From Vicugna vicugna (Eukaryota): DNA of 64,000 nucleotides. The stretch lies in contig MU058423.1 of NCBI GenBank assembly GCA_013265495.1, positions 9,285,627 through 9,349,626 of the forward strand, read 5' to 3'. This document shows, one piece after another, positions 55,835 through 64,000 of the stretch. A program made the position numbers and the translations under genes. Under the pieces are notes generated by a model. It was not told the DNA's origin. It did not search any database and worked only from the letters and a program-made list of their open reading frames with translations. Numbering within the stretch: the stretch's first letter is position 1; the number at the start of each line of letters is the position of its first letter.

Positions 55835-57371
55835 TGTCTTGCCAAACTTTCCATTGTCACTTTCTTAAATTGAAATAGGCAGCGAACTCTCCTGAGATTC
55901 TCAGTAAGTCTGCAATATAAAAAAGAGGAACTAAAGTAAAATGAAAGAAAGAAACCTGACTCTCGAGGAAATACATAATTCAGAGAAGATAAACTATATG
56001 GAAGCAAAATAAAACCCTTCAAAACTCAGAAGAATTTAAGTAACTACTGAATCCATAACAAATTACTGAGGACTTTAAAACATGGCAAAGTGCATAAAAT
56101 GCATTAAAAAAAGGAAAAGCAATTAAAATCTTGAAAAAAAAAACTGTACAAGAAACTCAGTCTAAAATCCAGTCGAAACTAGGAAATCTGCAGAATTAAA
56201 AATAGAATGGATTCTAAGCAATAGATGGACGATATTAAGAATATTGTATGGAATGCATTTACTTCTTTATCCTACAAGAAAAAAAAGAAGATTCTAGGAA
56301 ACTCCAAGGCAAAACAAGCAAACATTGAACAGTAACGGAAAGTCAATGTTCTAAATATGAAGCAACCCAAAATATGGTTCGATTTTTAACAATTGATGGG
56401 ACAGTAAGAAAAGAGAATCTGTTTTATACACTGTCACATTGAGTAGCACTTGGATCAATCCTTTGGAAACATAGATTAGGAAATCTACCTTGACTCTTTA
56501 GTGAACAATATTAAAAAAAATCAATACTCATGATAAAGATGCTCTTTATAGTTTTCAACTTTGAAAGAAATTTACGTGCAAAATAAGGAAGACCTAATTA
56601 TGGTTACAGAATAGAACGTAAATATTATTCACCTTGACCATGTGGAAGTTACTGACAGAAGATGGGAGGAAATGGAGGAAGGAATTAAACGGAGTGTTAG
56701 AAGTCCTTTATCCTTATCTACTATAGGAGAAATTCAAATGATAATATCTATCTTTGAGACAACTAGATAGAAGTTTGAGTATTATATTAAGTCACAAAAG
56801 TACCCAGTAGAGAAACTAAAAATAATGATATAAACATATGGAGGACGGAGGTGAGTAGCGGAGAGTGGCAGAAAACTGATTGAGAATGTCTCAAGGTATC
56901 ATATCAAGAAATAGTAGGAAGAGTATATTATTGAGAAAAATGGTAGTAACCACCAGAAGAACCAAAGCAGTATGTGTGAAATATTTTGCCTCTAGGATTG
57001 GGAACCAATGGTAGGGGACAGGGGAACACAGAGTGATTGCTTTTCATTATATAGCTTCTGTACTATTTGATTTTTAAAAACCTATGTGCATGTTTCATTT
57101 TAATAAAATGTTTAAAAACTAAAAATGTATTCTAACTAACAACTTTCGGCAGTTAGAAGAATCTCTCTCTCTCAGAATAAGCCACTTAAAGAACTTTTCT
57201 TGGGGTGGTGAGGTGTAGGCAGATAACCTCTGAGTTAAAACTATACCCCTTGCTTCCATCATTTCTGCAATACTGAGTTAATATCCTTAAGTATTACCAA
57301 ATGAATTCACAAAATATAGTTTTCTTAATTATTTAAATCCTCACATATTGTTGGGTTGGAATGAAAAAACA

Positions 57372-57707
57372 TTACAGTCATCTTTACTTATAATTGCTGC
57401 AACTGGAAATGACTCAAATGCCCTTCAGCTGGTGAATGGATAAACAAGCTAGTACATTCATACAATGGAATATTACTCAGCAATGACAAGGAATACACTT
57501 CTGATACATGCAGCCATTGTAAGTAAAGTTATTGTAAATATTCACCTACTGGTTTTCATGTGCACAAATGTTTTCATTTCTCTTGAGTAAATATCCAGAT
57601 GTGACTGCTAGATCATGTAGTAAGTGTATGTTTAACTTTATAAGGAACTACCATATTGTTTTCCAAAGTGACTTTACCATTTTTTCATTCCAGCCAACAA
57701 TATGTGA
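57372..57707. mobile_element. Old L1 fragment, internally inverted
   Basis: 57380-57515 reads as sense L1 (ggtgaatggataaacaa...caatggaatattactcagcaat); 57520-57707 reads as antisense L1 (tgttttccaaagtgactttaccatttt...ccagccaacaatatgtgag). Confidence 0.7.
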
Positions 57708-60147
57708 GGGCAAACAGATATCTCCACTTGGATATTTTAATGGCATATAAAACTTAGTATGTCCAACACTCAGCTCTTGCTTTCTGCCCTTCACACCTGC
57801 TCCTCCCCTGTTTCCCACCAATCTTCCCATCCATGTAGATGCTACCACTTCCAATTTCTTCTTGTTTACCCCAAATTTTCTATTTTTGGATTCATCAACA
57901 TTTCTTTGTTGATCAGAATTGACTCAAGATATATATTTCTTGTTGTTGCTTCCTTTGCTCTCAGAGAGGTAAAGTAATTATTAGTCATCCAGGTGAAGAA
58001 TTTATCCAGTGTTCTGTTTTTAGAGTCTTATTGTCAACATCTTAAAAGAAAATATCCCACTTTAGGCTAGAGAAGAGCAAACTTGGTCTACTGGGGGCAG
58101 CAGAGAACAGTGTGTTAGATGTTTAGACCCAGAGAAGGCAGCTGGGAGTGATTAGATACTAAGCAATTCTCCTAAACACTCAGATAACTGATGTGAACAG
58201 TGCTCAGCTCTGCTGCTGGCTGATTGGAAGTAAGACTGGGGGAGACTATCAGATGAGTGTAGATGCCGCTGGCAGAGCTGGGGGCCAATGGACAGAGATG
58301 GCAGCCACCACAAGGAAACAGTTGCTCCTTTTTGCTCCACAGGGATTAGTAAAGTTTCCTGGAGAATATGTAAGCTACTGAAATTGTTACCTTTGTCGAC
58401 TCCAGCCAGCCTGCTCAGTGGTACATTCTCCAGACTGGACTCTTTGTTAGCGTGTCAGGGAATTAGCTTACACAAAAAAACGGACAAAAAGATTCACTAT
58501 TTCCAGACTGCATACAGGTTGTTTTCCATTCCCCTTTCTCTTATACATTCTGTTTTTGCCTTTGGCCCCAGGTAGTCTAATGTCTGTCTCCTTCATGTAA
58601 GAAATAAACAGTGTGCAAAATAACTAACTAAATGTGTCAAATACCTGAGTTATTATTTGACAATATGTTGTCATGTGAACAAAATTTCAGAATATGTAGG
58701 AAATGATACTGTTTCTTATAAAACCAAATTTATATATTCTTGTAAGTACAAAAAACTGTATGTAAATGCTTAGAAGGAAACATGCTGAATTGATAACAAT
58801 GGTTGCTTTGGGAAAAGAAAATGGAATTGGGTGGTGTCATGTAGAATTTTAACTTTATTCCTATTGTTTCAATTTTTATAATCAAAATATATAGATACAG
58901 TATCTGTGTAATTAAGAATTAATAATAATATAAAACCTAGAATGAAAAAAAAAAAGAAATGAACTGAATATTTTGGGGCAATTTTGGGGGAATCTGGGAA
59001 ACCCCCGGGAGTGGATGGTGTTTATTCCATTTTATTCCTCTTGAAGGCCCTATTCGCCATAGCAGCTCATTCTTGCCTAAAAAAAAAAAAGCTTCCGTGG
59101 GCCATCCTAGAATTCATCCAGATCAACACTTCTCGCCGTTCTGTTGCTCCTCTCTCCTGCTTTTCTTAGTTCTCAAGCTTCCTTATTTTAGCCATAAATT
59201 TCAGCTTGCATTTTCTTACTAGTTGCTTTGATTAATGACCAGGTTTAGATTTGCTCTCCTTGTTTTGATTTTGTTGCCTTGGTGGGACCCCATGTTTTAT
59301 ATTTGGCTCCAGGTTTCATGCCACCGAAGGCTTTTGGGTAAAAGCTTTTGCTCCTGTGTTCAACTCTGGGGCATTATAGGATAGACAAACTCCTGTTTCC
59401 TCTGGTGGGGCTGGACGGTGGAAATCACATTCACCTCGACTCACTTATGTCATAGGGTTATTTTCCATTCTCAGAACACATGATGCTGTGTCACACATTT
59501 GCTCTGGGAATTCCTGAGGGCTGGGACCTTGTTTTATTTATTTTCAGGCATTATGCTTATTAAATTTAAAATTCTACAACTTTGAAGGTTTACCGAATGG
59601 AGAAAAAGAATTCTTGCAAAAATGGTTATGTGAACTTTTGTTAGAAATGTTACCCTGACTATATAATGTTTGGAGCATAAAAGAAACCAATGACTTTTTA
59701 CTCAGTTGACAAATCTATTACTTCTCATTCTGACTGTGGAGAGCACAGTTTCCTTTTAGCATTAAGGCTACTTTGTATTTGTGTATATTAAAGGCTCTCA
59801 CTTAACAGAATGGGACCCAAGCCATCTTGTAAATGAATGACATTTTAAAAAGTCACATAGCCCAAGAGCTGCTAAAACAAAGTTCTACACTAAATTATAC
59901 TACTCTTTCATTGTTAAAAGTTGGTGCATTTTTTGAAAAGTAGGTTAGCATTGGGTAGATTTGGGTTATTATTAATAGATGCTGTTTTTTTCCGTTTGTT
60001 GATTTGTTTTCTCTTTAGTTTTTTTTTTTTTTTTGGTCTTCTTTTATTTCATAACAGGTATGGTAGAAACTTGAATGGTTTAACCCTAATTGATAGGAAA
60101 TAGTAGAAGCCACTGATTGTAATCACCAAGGCTTTTTGACTTTATGT

Positions 60148-60714
60148 TGTTAGGGAGGAAGAAATTTACCTCTAAGTTCTAAGCTCTTCTGGATGGTCTA
60201 AGAGTTAAATTGATGTGAGACAAATTAACACGAGAAAATCAAATAAAAGCTTAATAACATGTGTACATGGGAGGGACCCAGGAAAACGGAGTAATTGCCA
60301 ACATGGCCTAAACCCCTACCTTAAATACCACCCTCAGTTAAAGACAAAAGAGGATAGTAGTTGGGGATAGTAGTTTGGGACTTCAAAGGAGAAGACGGCA
60401 ATTTACATGGAGATGGAAAAGCAAACGTTTGGTAAATAAATGTTTGCTGCACCAAGCAGAGAAAATGGGACACAGAGAAGAATTTTGTCAGACTGTGCTT
60501 GGTTCCTCCCTGCCTACCACACATAATTCATACTATTTGCAAGTATCGCCAGTGATACCTCTATTCTGGGAACAGGCCCTTAACTTCTTTAAGCAGCTAA
60601 GGGGAAGGTAAAAGAGAGACTCCCTGAGTCTTCTGTTTCTTAATAATAATCAGCCTAAATTAATTCTCATGCCAAAGAGACACATTTCGGGGTGGCAGAT
60701 TTTGTTCTCCTATA
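60148..60714 (-). mobile_element. ERV1-class solo LTR (MER34/MER39-like)
   Basis: TG start, decayed CA end, near-TSD atgt/aggt; right end is the diverged reverse complement of 63313-63440. Confidence 0.75.
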
Positions 60715-61119
60715 AGGTTGGGTCTCTAGGTGATCAACAGAAATATTATTAATGGTTTGGAAAAGCTGAGCCAAACTTTTAATATTTTCCTTTGATCAAT
60801 GGTGCCATTCTGTGGCTTATAATTAGAAAGGATTAATATTGTCTCGCACTAAATTAAAGTGCTACAAAAGACAATAATGTAATTACAGAGGATAAAGAAT
60901 GTCTGTCATGTTTTCATTATAATCAACAATCTGGCCTTAAAATGAACTGAGTTCAAATTAAGTTTGAAGAGGGGCAAAATAAAAGAAGGGGCTGTCCAGG
61001 TGGTTATCTTTCTACCAGTTAAATTAAGGTAAGACCTTTTATTTAACTTGGATTTTTTGAGTTCCTAAGAGAATTGAAAGTAATGACATAGTGTCACAAG
61101 GATTACTTATAGTGAGTGC

Positions 61120-61576
61120 TGTGAAATAAAATTCGTATTTTTTGGCAAGACAAGAGAAATTTTAACATAAACAATTTTCTCTGTCCTTTGGCCTCCTCTC
61201 TCCCCCCTACTGTGCATTGTGTGTCTGCATTATACAATGTCCCCATCGAAAGAAATGTCTCCTCAACCATTAAGAGCAACATTCTCGCAGCATCAACAGG
61301 ACAACTTAAAAGATGACATTCCTTCTTAATCTTGTAAGAAGCCACGATACCCACTACTGTCTGGTACACTTAGATCTGGATTGTGTGAACTGTCAGTAAT
61401 ACATCATTTAATGTACAACTCTCTGTTTCAAAAACTTATATTACTGTGCTTTGACCTCTAACAGGCAGAACAGTTCTTGGAGCCTTCTGAGAGGCTATTC
61501 CTGGGTTAGAGTCCTCAATTTGGCTCGGATAAAATTTTCCATTTATTTCCTAGACTGATTAATTTTTTCATCGACA
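61120..61576 (+). mobile_element. ERV1-class solo LTR, 457 bp
   Basis: TG...CA termini with perfect 4-bp TSD gtgc (61116-61119, 61577-61580). Confidence 0.8.
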
Positions 61577-62290
61577 GTGCAAATTTTCATGCATTGGTAT
61601 TGACTACTCAGTATAATGTATTGAGAAGGGTCTGGAGCCATGTTTAGGTTTTGTAGTAAAGAGCTTTACAATTACTAATGACTGCTTCAGTGTGGGAATG
61701 CCAGCTTATGTAATGTGTATTTTCTTACTCTGATACAAGACATTAAAAGTAGTGTCATGAGCAAGTTTTCAAGGTCATTCTAGTACCAGTATGATGAGAT
61801 AGTATGAGATAGTATCTCATGAAAACATCACGTATCATTATCTTTTTTATACCAATGAAGAAAGTGAGATTAGGGGATGAAGTAACTTGCCTGAAGTCTA
61901 CCAGCTATTCAAGAATAGAGCTGGGATTTCAACCTAAGTAGGCCAGACTTCAGAGAATAGGACTTTTTTTATGTGGCCATGAAGTCATTTTATAATGAAG
62001 AAACTAAACATTAGTTCTGATTATCAGAAAAGTTTCATGAATGAATTGTGATTTTTGCTAAACCTTGACAAATATCTTGTATTTAGCAGGTAGAAATTAG
62101 GGAGACAAGGGAACAGAATGAGCAAATGTGGAAAGGCGGGAATGAGTCTTTGTGTTTAGTGAATTGATATAGTCAGCGGTACTTCCTGGGAATGCAATGA
62201 GACTATTGTAAGTGTGGCCAGATGATGGAGTGCTTTAAATGTTAGAAAGAGGATGCATTTAACTCTATAAGCAGTGGTAAACCACAGCAC

Positions 62291-62901
62291 TGTTGTCAAA
62301 CCTAAGTGCATGTGCCTGAGGCACAGTGAGGTCAAACAAATAGAAGTGGGAGTTTGGAGGAGAGAAATATTTATCGCAAGGACCAAGTAAGGAGAACCTG
62401 CGGCTCTTGATTAAAAGACTTGAACTCCCTGATGGTTTTCAGGGAAGAGTGTTTAAAGGCAATATTTAGGATGAGGGCTGCAGGGTGTATGACTTTCTTC
62501 TGATTGGTAGATGGTGAGGTGACAGGGCTCTATTCTAGGAATCTCAGTCATCAACTGTCTAGTTCCCATCAGTCTGGGATCTCAGCATGTAGTCACCATT
62601 CTCCATCTGGGTAGGGGGACCTTAGTTCCCGTAAACAACTCAAAGATACGATCAGATTTTTCTGTGTATCCCTTGAGCAAGAACTAGGACTCTGCTTCAT
62701 CATTGCGCTATTGTTTCTTGACCGCTTTTCCTTTGTTTCTGCATCCCCTCACTTCCCTAATTAGTAATGGAATGAATCTGCCCTTTGGAACTCAGGGAAA
62801 TTCTAAGAGGCTGATGAAGCCTTTCTTCTACAAACGAGAAACAGGGGACACAGAAAGGCTTTTGTACCTGCGAGGGCCCCACAGGACTCTGCTTCATTTC
62901 A
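62291..62901 (-). mobile_element. ERV solo LTR (family unresolved)
   Basis: TG...CA termini; 62700-62901 is the diverged reverse complement of 63536-63730. Confidence 0.75.
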
Positions 62902-63312
62902 GGATATTACTGATAAAAGTAATACTTTAGGAAGATTAATCTGATGTTGCACTGTTGTCGGCAGGATTAATGGGGATCATGAGAGATGAATTAGAGAAAC
63001 TAGTTAAAAAGCTACTAATATAGTTCAAAGAACTTGAGCATAGATAATTATAGTGCATACTTTTTACTGAACATTTTTACATTCAGACATTGAACTAAGC
63101 ACTTTGCATGTATTATTTCAGTGACTCCTCGCAACAATATTATGAGGAAAGAATTATGATCTTCATTTTATGATGAGGAAACAGATTCACAGAAGTCCAA
63201 ATCACAAAGTTTAGTGAAGGAGCTGATCTTTAAATCGTGGGTGAACTGATTCCCAAGCACCATGTTCCTCTGCTTAGAAAAAATGATGGGAAGAAGACCT
63301 ACGTGTAAGTTT

Positions 63313-64000
63313 TGTAGGGCAACAAAATGTACCACCCAAAATGTGTCTCTTTGGCATGAAGATTAATTTAGGCTGATTGTATGTAAGAAACAGAAGGCTC
63401 AGAAAGTCTCTCTTCTACCTTCCCTTTAGCTGCCTAAAGAATTTAGATAAAGGGTCTATTTCAAAATAGACCTATTACCAGAGACATGGGCTAGGTGTGG
63501 TGGGGGAAACTCAGCTGGGGCTAGCAATCAGAGTCTGAAATTGAGCAGGACCCTGTGGGGGCCTCCTGGATACAAATTCTTTCCATGTCCCCCCATTTCT
63601 TGTTTGTAGGAAATAGGCTTCATTCCTTGCCTCCTTGACCTTCCCTGAATACCAAAGGGCAGATTCAAGAAGTTGCTAATCAGGGAAGGGAGGGAATGCA
63701 GAAACAACAGAGAAGCAGTCAAGAAGCAATGGGGCAGGGTCTTGGTTCCTCTTCAGGGAATATAGATAACAATATATCTTTGAGTTTGTTTGCAGGAACT
63801 AAGGCCCCCACCCAGGTGGAGAACGGTAACTTAAGGCTGAGCACTAGGAGGATGGTAATTTCAGCCCAGAACACCACCTTGTTATCTCACTACCAACCAA
63901 TCAGAAGAAAGTCTGCACACAGTGGAAGATGACAAAGACTCTGATCCCACACCCAAATGGTTACCTGCAGTTAACTTCCCCTTTCTCTCTTTAAAACTGT
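63313..64000 (+). mobile_element. ERV LTR (63313-63535) followed or interrupted by a second LTR starting at 63536, running off the window
   Basis: tgtagggcaacaaaatgtaccacccaaaatgtgtctctttggcatga is homologous to the 60.1 kb LTR; tgaaattgagcaggaccctgtggg is homologous to the 62.3 kb LTR. Confidence 0.75.

Noticed and set aside
62703..63722. Two similar ORFs suggesting a duplicated small-protein gene
   Set aside because: The similarity is explained by two copies of one LTR family in opposite orientation.
23700..64000. Exons of a neighbouring gene (FRRS1 lies upstream of AGL in human, as recalled)
   Set aside because: No second CpG island and no recognisable coding sequence; short non-coding exons cannot be excluded by eye.

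Overview
AT-rich mammalian genomic DNA, probably from a camelid (three tRNA-derived Vic-1-like SINEs plus cetartiodactyl-type L1 3' ends). Positions ~1.3-23 kb hold the 5' part of AGL (glycogen debranching enzyme) on the minus strand. It has a CpG-island promoter and non-coding first exon (~22.6-23.3 kb), then ten coding exons (82, 211, 167, 204, 182, 112, 124, 103, 98 and 140 coding nt). All have GT-AG boundaries and join into one open frame of 1423 nt (474 codons plus 1 nt, [17 protein letters not shown]...[10 protein letters not shown]). The gene continues past position 1. The remaining ~40 kb is upstream intergenic DNA with no recognisable coding exons, rich in L1, L2, MIR, MaLR/ERV LTRs and hAT fossils, ending in a dense LTR cluster at 60-64 kb. 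I found no new multi-gene system. The best lead is a compact splice switch in the AGL 5' leader, where one junction would create a strong-context upstream AUG and a 27-codon uORF overlapping the AGL start. Exon numbers and repeat family names are recalled from memory, not from searches.
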